DNA of 64,000 bases from Octopus sinensis (Eukaryota). Below the pieces are notes generated by a model. The model ran no database searches. It was given only the letters and a program-made list of their open reading frames with translations, and was not told where the DNA came from. This document shows positions 1-42,987 of the stretch, piece after piece (positions within the stretch are counted from its first letter, which is position 1; the number at the start of each line of letters is the position of its first letter). Both the position numbers and the translations under genes were made by a program. The DNA is taken from assembly GCF_006345805.1 (NCBI RefSeq), contig NC_043001.1, positions 84,692,001 through 84,756,000 on the forward strand, written 5' to 3'.

Positions 1-42
1 TTAGAATAGAAAAAAGTCTATCTTTATTTCTTCTTTTGTTGA

Positions 43-180
43 TGTCTCAAATTTAGCTTAAATCAGTGTTTCTCAAAGGGGAGGCCTATGGGACGGTCGG
101 ACAAGTTGTTTTGAGAAAATTTGGTTTAAATGTTTGACAACTCAGCACCATCCATTGGACGGGCAGCGTTTTGCGCGTAT
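43..180 (+). repeat. About 100-140 bp dispersed repeat containing a CAGTGTTTCTCAAA hAT-like terminus; second copy at 8140-8250
   Basis: Direct alignment of TGTCTCAAATTTAG(C/G)TTAAATCAGTGTTTCTCAAAGGG...AAATGTTTGACAAC between the two copies. Confidence 0.7.
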
Positions 181-1038
181 ACATACATACATACGTACAT
201 ACATACATACATAGATGTTTGTGTGTAGATGAATACGCGTAAAATGTATGATGTATTCATATATCCCAACATTGACCATATAGTCGGCAGAGAAGGAATT
301 CGAACACAGTAATATACATATATTTGTGCAGGTGAGATGCATGGTATATGCATATATGTTGATTTCAATGGGAAATGGTGCATGTATATAGATATATTTA
401 TATATCATACTATCCTATTCTCCAATTACCTTTTTATGCCCAGCCTGCAATGTAAATAGACTTCGTAAAGTTGGTATCGTTTCTCTTTCTCTTTCTTTAA
501 CAATTCTTATCCCTTTTACATCTCTTTGTTAAAGGGTATAAATTTAAACGTTAGAACCACTTCCATTAATTCAAACTGGTATTCCTTTTTGCACTGCATG
601 ACTGTTATTGATTCATTTCTTGCGTCTACCATTGTCTTCCATTCGATTTTTACTTCTTTAACTTTATGCTATTAATTTATGTATAAGTGTATGTGAATGT
701 TTGTGTGTGTGTTTGTGTGTATATGTTTCTTTGTATGTGCTTGTAAATGTATGAGTGTGCGTGTGCACTATACATTTTTAACAAGTTCATGTAGACTCGC
801 ACTTGATAAGACATTACGCTGCAAGAGCAGTCTCGGTAGATAACTCTCCTGATAAGCAATATGTTTGAAAACACATCATGGAACCTAGTGTACACGACCA
901 TATTATATATCATTGTACACAGATATGCTTCATTTAACGCTACTTCGTGCTCTTCCACTCAATAAATTCCAGACTGACCAAGCTTTATGCACATTAACAA
1001 ATGTACACGCTGTTCTTAAACTCACACAAACATATTTT

Positions 1039-1081
<43 letters not shown>

Positions 1082-1107
1082 TATGAATATATATATACAC
1101 ATATATA

Positions 1108-1157
<50 letters not shown>

Positions 1158-2070
1158 GAACTCACGTACCCAGTAATTCCAGAGTAAGTGGGGCTTATCC
1201 CTTGGTTCCATTCTCATAATTGTTTCGCTAATCGAGTAACAACAATTCAAAGTATGTCGTCCTTAAAACGGGCTTTGTGCATTTATTCAGAATACCGAAC
1301 TGTCTTCCACAGGATCTTGTTTTTAGGAATTCCCAATAAGTTATGAATACTCAAATTGTGAAGTCAGTTATGTAATAACACGAAATTAATTATCTGATAG
1401 TAAGAATTTAAATGAAGTAGCACCAAAAATAGCTTTAATACGTTCCCAGAGTTTATGGAACTTAGGAGTAAATACTAATAAGGTATGTATACAAAAATCT
1501 TGAAGTACGTTATGTAATAACAGGTTAATCAGATTTGAGATAATAACAATTCAAACTAAATAACTCTGGAAAAAGCTTTTGTGCGTTCGCAGAGAATATT
1601 ACCCTCAGCAGCGCTAGTGATGGTATATTCGTGAATAACCGAAATAAGTGGATATATTTTTTAGGAAAATACTATTTACTTGTTTAAACGTTGTACTGGA
1701 TAAACTGCGAAAATAACTCTAACAGTTCAAATACCAAGAAATAAGCATACTCAATTTGATTTATACGAAATAATTTACGAACATGAATGGGTTATATTCA
1801 CGAACATGAATTGGCTATATATAAGGATCCCTTTCAGGAGCGAATGCGTTATTTTCTTTGGATTTAAAAAATAATGCATTAGTTATATATAGTAGATATA
1901 AGAATCCCTTCCAGGGCCATATTATCGATTATTTCAACAATCTAAGTATGTCACTAGTTTTCCAGACATGTGTACTACTCACGTGCCAAGTTTCATCAAA
2001 ATCGATAAAACGATGTAAGAAGAGTTAGATAACAACGCCACAAACAAACAGATACACAGATTTCCAGATG

Positions 2071-2103
<33 letters not shown>

Positions 2104-2328
2104 ATGCATATATAACGTAAACATACACACATCTGGAAATATCGAATTAGCATTTATCTACTTTGCATACCGCATACAGTTTTGATGGTGGTGAATGTGT
2201 TTCTAACAATACAATGCTGGTGGTCTTATTGTTGCTGATGATAATTGTGATGACATTGGTGGTGATGATGTTTAAGTCAATGGTTGAAGGATCATATTTA
2301 GTAAAAATTAATCTTTTTACTTTTTCAG

Positions 2329-31163
<28,835 letters not shown>

Positions 31164-31252
31164 GATGATCTTCACAGTAGCCTACAAAACCTCAAACTGG
31201 AATTTGGATATGAAAATAGATGTAGAGAAATTATGTAGTAAAGCGACATCAC

Positions 31253-31258
31253 AATAAA
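31253..31258 (+). terminator. Candidate polyadenylation signal of the S-crystallin gene (alternative AATAAA at 31495-31500)
   Basis: First AATAAA, 90 nt after the stop codon; no transcript evidence. Confidence 0.45.
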
Positions 31259-31689
31259 GAGAGAAACCTGAAGTTGTATGAAAACAACAAAAGCTAAACA
31301 AAAACTGTTTACGATTTTAATATAAATGTATCAAGAAGAGAAAGAAATACCCAGCCTAAATATTGTAATATTCTGCAGTCCTTGACTTTGCAAAGATGTT
31401 ATTATTTAGTGCAGCCATCTTGGTAAGAAACCGGAGAATTTCATTGGTTGCAATTTAGTTCTATATTGTATTATGTACTTATGACAGAAAGAGTAATAAA
31501 TAATGTATAACAGAGCATAAAATTGTTGTTATATGTCATGTCCACAGATGGCCCTCATAGAGTAATAGTAATAATCTCAAATTTTGGTACATAGCCAACA
31601 ATTGTAGGGAAAATGGTTAGTTGATTTCGCACGCCGAGCGTAAAAGCATTTTGCCCGGTGTGCTAACGATTCCAACAGCTCGCCACCTT

Positions 31690-31920
31690 GATAATTGTTT
31701 TTTCCTTCTCAAGCAATGCCTGGCCCATAAGGGCCAGTTTCCTTGGCGTAAAGGTTTCCCACCTGGACGGGACGTCGGTCCGTCGCAGGTGAGCTACAAG
31801 ATGCAGGGAGGGAAGAGTGAGAGAAACTTGTGGCGAAAAAGTCAGCAGAAGTTCGCCATTACCTTCTTCCGGAGCCGGGTGGAGCTTAGGTGTTTCGCTC
31901 ATAAACACAGACATCGCCCC
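31690..31920 (-). mobile_element. SINE-like repeat fragment, adjoining a family B head at ~31625-31688
   Basis: GC-rich repeat-like block (TTCCCACCTGGACGGGACG..GTCCGTCGCAGGTGAGC) whose left part resembles the family C tail; followed by (TAG)n/(TAA)n. Confidence 0.5.
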
Positions 31921-32228
31921 GATAGTAGTAGTAGTAGTAGTATAGTAGTAGTAGTAGTAGTAGTAGTGTAGTAGTAGTAGTAGTAGTAGTAATAATAATA
32001 ATAATAATAATAATGATAATAATAATAATAATAATGATTTCTACTAAAGGCACAAGTCCTGAAACCTGTGAAAAGGTGGTAAATTGATCACATCGACCAC
32101 AGTACTTGACTGGTATTTAATTTATCGACCCTGAAAGGATGAAAGGCAACGTCAAACTCGACAGGATTTGAACTCAGAATTTGAACCTGGTGTACTAACA
32201 ATCTTGCTAGTTCACCGTCTTGATAACA

Positions 32229-32347
<119 letters not shown>

Positions 32348-32756
32348 TAATAATAATAGTAATAATAATGATAAGGATGCATAGGACAACATGATATACG
32401 ATGAAAGGAGAGATATGGTTAAATATGGTTAAATGAAAAAAGAAAGAAGCAAAACCTGAAGCATTTCATTTACACGCTTTATAAGTTTTGTCCTTGTGTC
32501 ACATATTGGGAGGAAATTACTTCTTGAAATAGTATTCTTGAACTTGTTTCAGTTTCAGTAAATATCTATATGTAATGTAGTGCATAGTCGAACTAGGAAG
32601 TAGTCAAGAAAGTTAGTGGGTAGAGAGAATATATTTACAATCAGCTCTACGCAGGGCTTCTTTCTTTTATGGAATGCAGGTTTAACAGAAAGATTCCAGC
32701 TGTACTTACTGAAATGTAACGAATCTATTCCGTTGAAGTGACTGCAAAATATACGC

Positions 32757-32963
32757 TTTTACTCTTTTACTTGTTTCAGTCATTTGACGGTGGCCATGCT
32801 GGAGCACCGCCTTTAGTCGAGCAAATCAACCCCACGACTTATTCTTTGTAAGCCCAGTACTTATTCTATCGGTATCTTTGGCTGAACCGCTAAGTTACAG
32901 GGACGTAAACAAACCAGCATCCGTTGTCTAGCGATGTTGGGAGGGACAAACACAAACACATAA

Positions 32964-33031
<68 letters not shown>

Positions 33032-33200
33032 AATACGGCGAGCTTCTTTCAGTTTCTGTCTACCAAATCCATTCACAAGGCTTTGGTCGGCCCGAGGCTA
33101 TAGTAGACGACACTTGCCCAAGGTGTCATGCAGTGGGAATGAACTCGGAACCATGTGGTTGGTAAGCAAGCTACTTATCACACAGCCGCTCCTGCGCCTA
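32757..33200 (-). mobile_element. SINE family A, full length
   Basis: Near-complete alignment to 7340-7748 and to the reverse complement of 17816-18170. Confidence 0.9.
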
Positions 33201-33423
33201 TAAGAACTCACCGTAACTACATATAAGGACTCACAGAAACACACTCCATCCCCATGCACACACATGTATATATATAAAATATGAGGGATTTAGTTCACTG
33301 ATGATCTAAACCAATAAATACTCTGCGTAATTACCATAATTGGTCGTCCGTAAGGTTCTAAGTTCACAGTTGAGGCTGGAGCTAGGGCTCCGTAGTAGGC
33401 TTCGAAGTCAGCAGGTATATATC

Positions 33424-33625
33424 AAAGGAAAAGGAAATCAAAACCAAGGCGGGATGAGCGTTTCAGATAATTTAGAATATTTAATTAAAGTAAAGGTGAA
33501 TTAATAAAAAAGTAGATTTTGAATCAAGTAATTCTACTTCTCCTACTTTGATTCACCTTTACTCTAATTAAATATTCTAAATGACCTGAAACGCTCGTTC
33601 TACCTTGGTTTTGTTTCCCTTTTCC

Positions 33626-33628
<3 letters not shown>
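33424..33628. repeat. Imperfect foldback (about 80-bp arms, about 50-bp spacer) next to (TA)n
   Basis: AAAGGAAAAGG..AAAACCAAGG..GAGCGTTTCAG..TTTAGAATATTTAATT..AGTAAAGGTGAAT versus its reverse complement at 33550-33628. Confidence 0.8.
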
Positions 33629-33700
<72 letters not shown>

Positions 33701-33943
33701 CATATATATAATCCTTCTATTTGAACGTTCAATCTCGAAGCAAATAAAGCTATGAATAATAGCGTGAAAACACTGGTTTAAGAATACAATGCGTCTCGAA
33801 CCTACATCTCCTGTAAAACTAACAGGCGTCTTGAATCTCTCCGACCATTTTAGAAACTATTCTTACCAGCGAGAATAGTACGTAGTTGAAGTTATATGAA
33901 ACACACACACAACACACACACGCACATACACGCACATACACAC

Positions 33944-33986
<43 letters not shown>

Positions 33987-33993
33987 ACATATA

Positions 33994-34047
<54 letters not shown>

Positions 34048-34048
34048 A

Positions 34049-34086
<38 letters not shown>

Positions 34087-35624
34087 CCATATACGTATGT
34101 ACATGCGCACATACATATATTCAGATGACATAGACGTTTGGAAAATACTTCACAATGGAAGCAGTGGTGGTTATTAATCCATTTGAATCTGATGAATCAC
34201 TAAGTCATTGGAAGTACACTCTTCTCTTTTTCTCAGCTGTAAATCGATATAATTTACGATACTTTTTATAGTTTGCTGATCCTGTGCTTGCGAAAGAAAT
34301 GAAATTTTAGAAAATGTCTGTGAAGTTGACAAAACTAGAGAATAGAAGTAATGCTTGTCCTTTAACCTTGTATCCTGCCTGTGTTGATGTAACGATCACA
34401 AAGATTGCTCAACATCGATTTATTTGACTATTGGTCTCCCATCAAATGCTGTGTCGTCGTGCTTATGTGTGAAATAATTAAATTTTTCCAAAGTAGAAAT
34501 ATATCTAAAAATAAAGAGGTATCGTAATTTAATATTCTCTTTTATAGCAGAGCAGCGATTTTGACTGGAGTCACAGAGAAGATGATAGCGTATTGTATAT
34601 TACAGAATTTATAGCCGCCAGTTTATGAGTTGTAATTCCTCCTGGGATATGTTTGCATTTTATAGCCTCTGTGATTAAATAAAATAAGCTGACTTTTATT
34701 CTGTGTAGATTAAATGCACTATACAATTGTGAAAAATAGCTAGCTTAATATATTCTTATATATTAGAAGATCGGAAGAGTTGAAAACAATTTGTCAATAG
34801 TTTATATTTAGGCATAAAATGTATAAAGAACAACTGGCTGTTCCACGAAATATCACTACAATTAAAACAGATTTTTGGTAGGTAGTGGTTCCATTTGATA
34901 GTCAGAAATATAATTCATGAGAATGCAAAGGCACAGTATTTTGTCAATGGAGTGTTCCGATAATAAAATATTCAGAACTTTGTCATTTCATTACTCCTAT
35001 CATTAAATATATTATCTTGGTTATATTGACGAAGTAATAGGCTTTATATTTTTAAAAGAAGTAAAATGTTGTAGCGATGTACATATACTTCGCAAAGTTA
35101 ATGAGCGGAAAGTGCTTACCGAAAGAGAATATATATGACTGTATTGTGCATATTAGATGCTCTTAAAATATAGATTTCATTTGAATACACGTACAATTGA
35201 ATGCTTTGAGCGTGAAAATCCAGATAAAGCAAAACTTTATCTGTTCATAAAAAAAAAAACTAAAATCACAATATCATTATCAGCAATATTAGTAGATTTC
35301 GAAATTTGAATAAGTAAACAAACAAAATTGAAATTACACAACTCATCTTTTACTTCTTACTCGTTTCAGTCAGTGGACTGCGTCCATGCTGGGGCAATAC
35401 ATTGAATGGTTTAGTCGAAGTCGCCCTTAGTGCTTATTCTTTCCTCTGTCTGTTACTAATGTCGAACCCTCAAATTATAGGGAAGTAAACAAACCAACGC
35501 TGGTTGTCAAGCGTTAATAGGTAACAAACGCAAATACATATGCACATATATTCTTCCATAAATGCATGCGCTAGTACATGTATACGCATATATATATATA
35601 TATATAAAATATATATAATAAAAT

Positions 35625-35862
35625 AAATAAATGCGCCCTTTTAAAGCCTAGCCAGGCTCATGGGCCCGATTTCCCGGTTCCTATGGCGTATGTGTTCCCC
35701 TGCTGGACGGGAAGCCAGTCCATCGTAGTGTTACTAATTTTTGCCAGCTGAGTGTACTGGAGCAACGTGAAAGAGCACAACGCGTCGCCCCGTCTAGGAA
35801 TCAAAACCACAATCTCACGATCATGGTGCTGACACCCGAACCACTAAGCCACGCGCCTCCAC
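35625..35862 (-). mobile_element. SINE family C, full length
   Basis: Reverse complement of 22058-22312. Confidence 0.85.
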
Positions 35863-35930
35863 GCACACATACATACATACATACATACATACATACATAC
35901 ATACATACATACATACATACATAAATATAT

Positions 35931-35991
<61 letters not shown>

Positions 35992-36814
35992 CATACCTAT
36001 ATAGAGTGTTTGGGAAATTCCTTGATACAGTTATAATATTTGGAGAGAAAGTCGAAAGACACTAAACTTATGGAAAAGATTTCACAAAATGTGCATCGGC
36101 TTTGCTTTTATAGATGTGCAAGCGCTTTCAGTTCTTAACGTTTTCAAGCACGATGCACACAGACACACAAATATATATATATATATATATATATACAGAG
36201 AGAGAGAGGGAGACCATAAAGTGACACGAGTTAAACAGCGTTCGACTGGTAGTAGCGAGCATGATCAAAGTGAAATACGGACACAACTCGAACATAACTA
36301 TGTTGTTGCACATGCCACAGATTGTCACACACACGCAGTCACGTGTTCGCGCGTGCACACACACATACACACATACACACACATACACACATACACATAC
36401 ACATACACACACATACACATACACACATACACATACATACACACATACACACACATGCACGAACACAATTACACACATGCATGAACGCGTACATATACCG
36501 ATCAACCAGCGTCAAGAAATGAAACTGAAAGGCTTGGTGGACCCTAGTTTGGTATTCAAAATTCATGTTTGATAATATTTTTATTCTTGACGTGAGCTAC
36601 GATCAGGTAGAATATAGTGTTCTATCAACATAGGTGCAGATGTAGCAGTGTGATAAGAAGTTTACTTTTCAACTACATGGTTCTAGGTTCAGTCCCAGTA
36701 AACAGCACTTTAGGCATGTGTCCTCTACTATAGAGCGGTGCCGAAAAACGCCTTGTAAGTGGATTCAATAGACGGAAACTTATGATTTTCAATTTATTAG
36801 TATTGTTGCTTAAT

Positions 36815-37850
36815 ATGTTGGGCTAAAATCTTTTCAGATATCATCAGCAAAGATGTAATTGAAATTCATTAAAATGACAGATCTACCGGATTTTCAAAGG
36901 TATCAAATTGTTGGTGCTCGTATGGTAGGTGCTAGCGTAAGAAAAACAGCTGAAATGTTCGATGCATCAAGAAGTACTATCTCGAAAGTAATGCCAGCCT
37001 TTGAGAAAGAGGGAAAGACCTCCTCATCGAAACAAAATTCAGGAAGAAAACCAAAACTTTCAGATAGGGATCATCGGACTCCTACATGAATTGTTAGAAA
37101 CGATCACAAAAGTACAGCTCCCAAAATTACTGCAGAGCTTAATGACCACCTCGGGAACACAGTTTCCACAAAAAACTATTCGTCGGGAGCTGCACAAAAC
37201 CAGATTTCACGGGAGAGCTGCAATCAGAAAATCACTACTTTCAAAAACAAACGTTGCAAACCATTTAGATTGGAGTAAAAACCTACAGAATTGGTTCTTC
37301 GAGCAGTTGAAGAATGTTACTTTCTCGGACGAGTCATCAATTACCTTATTTCCAATCACCGGCCGAGTATACATGTGGAGAAAGCTAAAAGAGGCATTTG
37401 ACCCTTCTTCCAACGGTTAAACATGGAGAAGGATCTCTGATGATCTTAGGAACGATATCTCGTAAATCCGCCGGTCCAATAGTTTCCCTTCATGGCAGAA
37501 TTAATAGTCAAGACTATTTAAGCATTTTATCAGATCAAATTCATCATATGGTTGCAGAGCTGTTTCCGGGGGAAAACACAATCTTGTTACTGAATGGCAC
37601 GAGGAACTTTCAATATTATTGAACATTTAGGGTGCATTTTAGAAAAGAACAAGCAAGGTGTCGATATCCTCCACAAGAACTGGAGACTTTTTAAGCTGAA
37701 GAATGGACAAAATTTCTTTTGGAAACAGTTCAAACTTTGTACGAGTCCATAGGATTCAAGCTGTAATTACTGCCAAAGTCGGTCATATCCCATATTAAAA
37801 TAAATTTATTTGAAATTTTAAGGTGTTTCCATTATTTTGTACAACCCCTG
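36815..37850 (+). mobile_element. Tc1-like transposon, degenerate transposase plus right TIR
   Basis: MTDLPDFQRYQIVGARMVGAS..., VTFSDESS, PTVKHGEGSLMILGTIS; stops, frameshifts and a deletion in the DDE region; ends ATTATTTTGTACAACCCCTG-TA. Confidence 0.88.
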
Positions 37851-40429
37851 TATGTATGTATGTATGTATGTATGTATGTATGTATGTATGTATGTATGTA
37901 TGTATGTATGTAGGTAGGTATGTATGTATGTATTATGTATGTATGTATGTATGTACGTATGTATGTATGTATGTATGTACGTATGTATATATGTATGTAC
38001 GAGTTTGTGTCTTCCTGTTTGTGTTTGTCCCGTACCACTGCTTGAAAACAGTTGTTGGTTTGTTTACGTACTCGTAACTTGGCAGTTCAGCAAAATAAGA
38101 CCGATGAAATAAATTCCAGACTTTGAAAAAGTAAGTACTGAGCCTGATGTGTTCGAATAAACCCTTAAAGGCGGTGCTCAAGCTTGGTCGTAGTCTAATG
38201 AGTGAAACTAGTAAATGACAGTAGATACAAACTAAAAACCAGCAACCGATTTGAACCGTTGACTAACTACGATGTAATTTAACACGCTACCAATTCAGAT
38301 ACCTCACATCTGATGTAAATACAACAAAGGTAGTAAATGCTTGCATTGCTCTATTTTAAGCATTATTGAATATACTAATATGCTATGATGATTTGAAAAT
38401 GTAAACCTATTTCGATGCCCGGTTGCAGAGTTTGACGCTATGGATAACTATATGATGCTATGATTGGCACTCAACGCAAGTTAATTGTGTGGAAGCAAGG
38501 ATGTAATAAAGGTTGAAAATCAAGTGTACTCCGGTAAGGAATAGCTCCCGATCAGCAGAGATATCGATGTATTTGTAATACCAATAAGAAATCCAATCAT
38601 ATCTGCTTAGATCACGAATTGAACGAGAAAAGGTATGACTGTCACAGCATCTAATTACATTTCAAAGCGTTCTAATAGTAAAGCATTGCCGTCTTTTTAA
38701 AAAAATAACTGGATGGAAACTAACGGGAACGCCTGCTGCGTGAGACAGTATAATAAAATGGTTGCAAAATTACTTCTTAATGAAATGAAATATATTAATT
38801 TATCAATAAAAATTAAAAAAACACGAAACTTAAATTAAAAATTGAATGTACTTGAGAGTGCCTGATACTTGGTTGCATGTTGACAAATTTCAGTGTTTCG
38901 GTCTAATAAGATCTCATCAGCAAATTCTAGTTTAACCGGTACTGCCAGATCTTATATGGCTGTAGAAGTATGCAGGAATTTATGCAGAGACATATCACTG
39001 AAATACACGAAATGATTAGTCATCAAGATTTGATTCTTACTCCACCCCCACCCAAATGTGTAAACAATAATTTCATTGTCGTATGAAGAACATTGGATAA
39101 TATTTAACTACTTACATGCCAAACGTGATATTTTAGATGTTTTCATTATGATATCTGCAAAGATCACAAAGTAAGGGAGGTGGAACTGTAGTGTTAGTGA
39201 AAAGGAAATATATCGGGTGAGAAATAAACTTTTGAAATTCTTCAATAAATATCGATGCTAGAATTCACTAATTCCCATCGTTTGCTCAAAATTGCAGAAG
39301 GTGATAACAGAGAACTATACTTCTTCAAGCGTCAAAACCACACCATCAGGAAACATTGATGCTGGACAAGCGTGCCTACAGCGGATTAAGCGATTATATA
39401 ATTGCCAATATTGTCATTCTTTAAACAGCAAATATATATACAGTTAATCGTGCTATCTTCTTTGCATTAAAGACCTGTTAAAATATTTCATGCAAATAAC
39501 AATGCTAAGTAATAAGCTTATAAGATAACGCTATAAAATGATGCATAGTATTGAGAGGGCAAAAATTAAGATTAGAGCAAGTAATTTGAAGATAACAGAT
39601 TTGTTTACCTGCACACGAAAATTTAATTCCGATTACTTGACTACAGAAGTTACGACAGTTTTTGTACAACTCAAGGCCATGCCAATTTGTATGGTTTAGC
39701 TAATGATAATCTATATACAATAGACTCCATATTTAATGCAACCGTCTTTTTGTCCCTCATTGTAATAATGAAAATTACAGTTAACCGATTCCATTTCCAA
39801 AGATAAGCTGGATGTAACTTTACTAATATTGGTTTCAAATTTTTATTCGGTATATGAACAATTCTGCCAGCTCGCCGCCTTTGATTTTACTATTATCATT
39901 AAGTAAATATATATTAGAGATGGAGGTTGAAATTAAAATATATATTCTGTAATTTCTAATTATATTTATCATAAGGACTGTACTTACCGGTACTCAACTT
40001 GCAAGTTGTGTCTATGACATTTATTATACTTGTATTGATATGTACTGTTAAATTCATTTGATATATTGATGAACAACTTCCGAAGAGCATCCGGTATGCG
40101 AGGTTTCATACGTCAAATAATTAACGAATCTATCATCATAGCGAAATCATAAATCTGCATTGCATGATAGTTTTTACTGATATAAATCTTGTTAATTCAC
40201 TCTTAACAATTTACACATCTCAACTTCATCGAATGACTCTCTGACTACGACAAGCAATTTCTAGCCATCACATTCTATCTAAAAAGCACTGCTGTCAGTT
40301 AGCAACACATTTCAAACGTACATGATAGTATTACTATTAGAATTACTTTACATTGAGCATATGGAATAAAACTGCTACCAATTCTGAAACATTTTCAAGA
40401 GGAGATTTATTTATAGCAATAGCGTTATG

Positions 40430-40698
40430 GAGATGTACTTGCATAGCAAGTGACCTGATCTGAGATCGTGTGCTGGAACGAAAACAATTGCAGCGTGGAA
40501 GTTGTTTATAAGCCATTTAAGAAACACACAAAAACCGTTAGAGTCACTTCAACATTTAAATTTAATTTGTCAAAATATTTTCGTCGCTTTGAGCACGCGA
40601 CCTGTTCACTTGCAAAATTCCGTGCTGCATCTCAGCTTAGATGCAGCAAATTAAATTTAAATGTTGAAGTGAATCTAACGGCTTTTGTGTTTTTCTTA
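40430..40698. mobile_element. Penelope-like foldback element with 12-bp TSD, carrying a G3-C8 hammerhead-like motif
   Basis: AATAGC(G/A)TTATG at 40418-40429 and 40699-40710; about 55-bp inverted arms ATTTAAGAAACACACAAAAACCGTTAGA..AATTTG / CAAATT..TCTAACGGCTTTTGTGTTTTTCTTAAAT. Confidence 0.75.
40566..40616 (-). ncRNA. Candidate minimal type I hammerhead ribozyme, G3-C8 core variant
   Basis: Minus strand TTTGCAA-GUGAACA-G-GUCGC(9-nt loop)GCGAC-GAAA-AUAU-U-U-TGACAAA; helix II has 5 bp, helix III is the palindrome AAUAUU, helix I is imperfect in this copy. Confidence 0.55.
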
Positions 40699-41666
40699 AA
40701 TAGCATTATGTTATACCGAAAGTAATTTATTTTAAAAAGAGCTTACTTTTCGAGGAGAGAGCCCTAAAAGTATCATATGTTACCTTATAATATTATCGTC
40801 ATTTACAGAGTCATAGTTTCTTTACATTGAGCATTTCTGGTAAATTTTATACCATACATTTGTATTGACACCAACAGTTCTAAAGTGGCTGACTAAAAAC
40901 GTAAATATACCTTTATTTCAAGAGCGGCTGGGGAATGGTATAAGGACCGAAACGACCAAATACGATGTACCTAGTGATAAATACTCCATATTTGTCTTGT
41001 ATAATATGTGTTAGGGTTATAATTTATATTTTTGTATAATTCGCTCCGACATGAATTCATATCTTCGATTTTTGCAGTCTCAGGGATCTTATGCATAGAT
41101 GTTATTGCAGTTCAAGTACACCTGTTAATGGGTATCTACTTATGTGCTTTAAAAATGTATGTATGTATGTGTGTATGCATGCAAGTATGTATGATTGTTT
41201 GTATACACCAGTGAGTGGAAAACGAAATGGGTGATGCTCAACGCGTTTCGTAAAGATAATACCAGTTTGTCACAACTATGTATTACTTCGTTGGTGTATT
41301 GGAAGCGTCAATCTCATCAAAAGCATGCGCCCTACGCAACCACAAAACAAATATAAATCTGGCAATCTGTCGGTTACGAATACGAGGGTTACAGTTGATC
41401 CGATCAACGGAACAGCTTACACGCGAAATTCACGTACAAGTGGCTGAGCACTCCATAGACACATGTTACCTTAACGTAACTCTCAAGGAGATTCAGCTTG
41501 ACGCAGATTGTGACAAGGCTGGCCCTTTGAAATACAGGTACTACCTATTTTTTACCAGTTGTATCACGTACTAGACCAACGTGATACAAATTGTCTTGCT
41601 CAAGGACACAACGTGTCACCAGGAATTGAACTCAGGAACTCACGTTCCTAAGCCGATTCACAAAAA

Positions 41667-41709
<43 letters not shown>

Positions 41710-41891
41710 ATACTAAGTAATTAAGGGTTTAGCAACGATTTGCCTCACCACACACCGAATTTAGAAATAGCAGTCAAAAGAGTTTTGGCTATTCTTTCTA
41801 CTTAAAAGGGAGATCCCAGTAAAACCATAGCAATTAAAAGGCAAACAACGCAGGCAAAAGAGAAAGAAATGACGATAATCATTCTACATTA

Positions 41892-41990
41892 AGTCACCTA
41901 CGGACGTACGTTTCGGAATTATGCCATAGGAAAGCATAAAAATTAAATAATTATGTCTTACCTAACTATTTTCCTCCTCAGCGTAGGACT
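41892..41990 (-). ncRNA. Type I hammerhead ribozyme with intact canonical core (GUC cleavage between + positions 41903 and 41902)
   Basis: Minus strand AGU-CCUACG-CUGAGGA-GGAA-[52-nt loop with UUAUGC/GCAUAA hairpin]-UUCC-GAAA-CGUACG-UC^CGUAGG-UG-ACU; all core residues present; helix I 6+3 bp; helix III is the palindrome ACGUACGU. Confidence 0.8.
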
Positions 41991-42144
41991 CTACAATTAT
42001 AAATAATTGCGTCTCAATCATTAATAATTGTGTATTAAATTTGAAGGCACTAGAAGACATCACCTCAACTCATGGTATCAGAACGAGCGTAAGCCATTAC
42101 CAGTACCACCAAATTCAAAGGGTGAATGAAAGTATATATATATG

Positions 42145-42191
<47 letters not shown>

Positions 42192-42519
42192 TGGTAGTAG
42201 GGTTGTGTATGTGCGTGCGTGTCTGTGTGTGAGTGCGCGTGTTTGAGTGTATGTATGTATATGAGTATGTATGTGTGAGTGCGTGTATTTGTGTGTGTGA
42301 ATGTGTGTGCGTGTGTGTGAGTGTACAGAAAGTGTTTGAAGTGGTGTACATATATTGTATATTAATAAAAAGGGGGCAGTCAGAAAGCGGTAATAAAGAA
42401 TTATCTACAATTCTGACTACCTCTCTTTTCATAATATACACACGCACACACACTGACACACACACACAGACTTGCATACAGAGACACACACACACGCACA
42501 CGCGCGCGCACCACTGCCC

Positions 42520-42562
<43 letters not shown>

Positions 42563-42890
42563 ATATACATTTATGTATTTGTTTCCGCTTTATTATTATT
42601 GTTTCAGTTTCTTTGTCGAAGCTCTTTCGTCACTCAACCTGTGATCTCTTCCTCGGCTCTCTAACCCATGCGTCTCCTCTTTTTCTGTTCATTCTGTTTT
42701 GTCTTTAATTGGAAAGAATATTACCATCCCTATACACACACAAATACATATAGCAGATATATTATTATGTACATTGCACAAATACACACAATGACTCACT
42801 AACACACATATACAATCTCTCTCAGTCTGTCTGTCTGTTTGTCTCTGTCTCTGTTTGTCAGTTCTCTCTCTCACTCAATCTCTCTCTATA

Positions 42891-42987
<97 letters not shown>

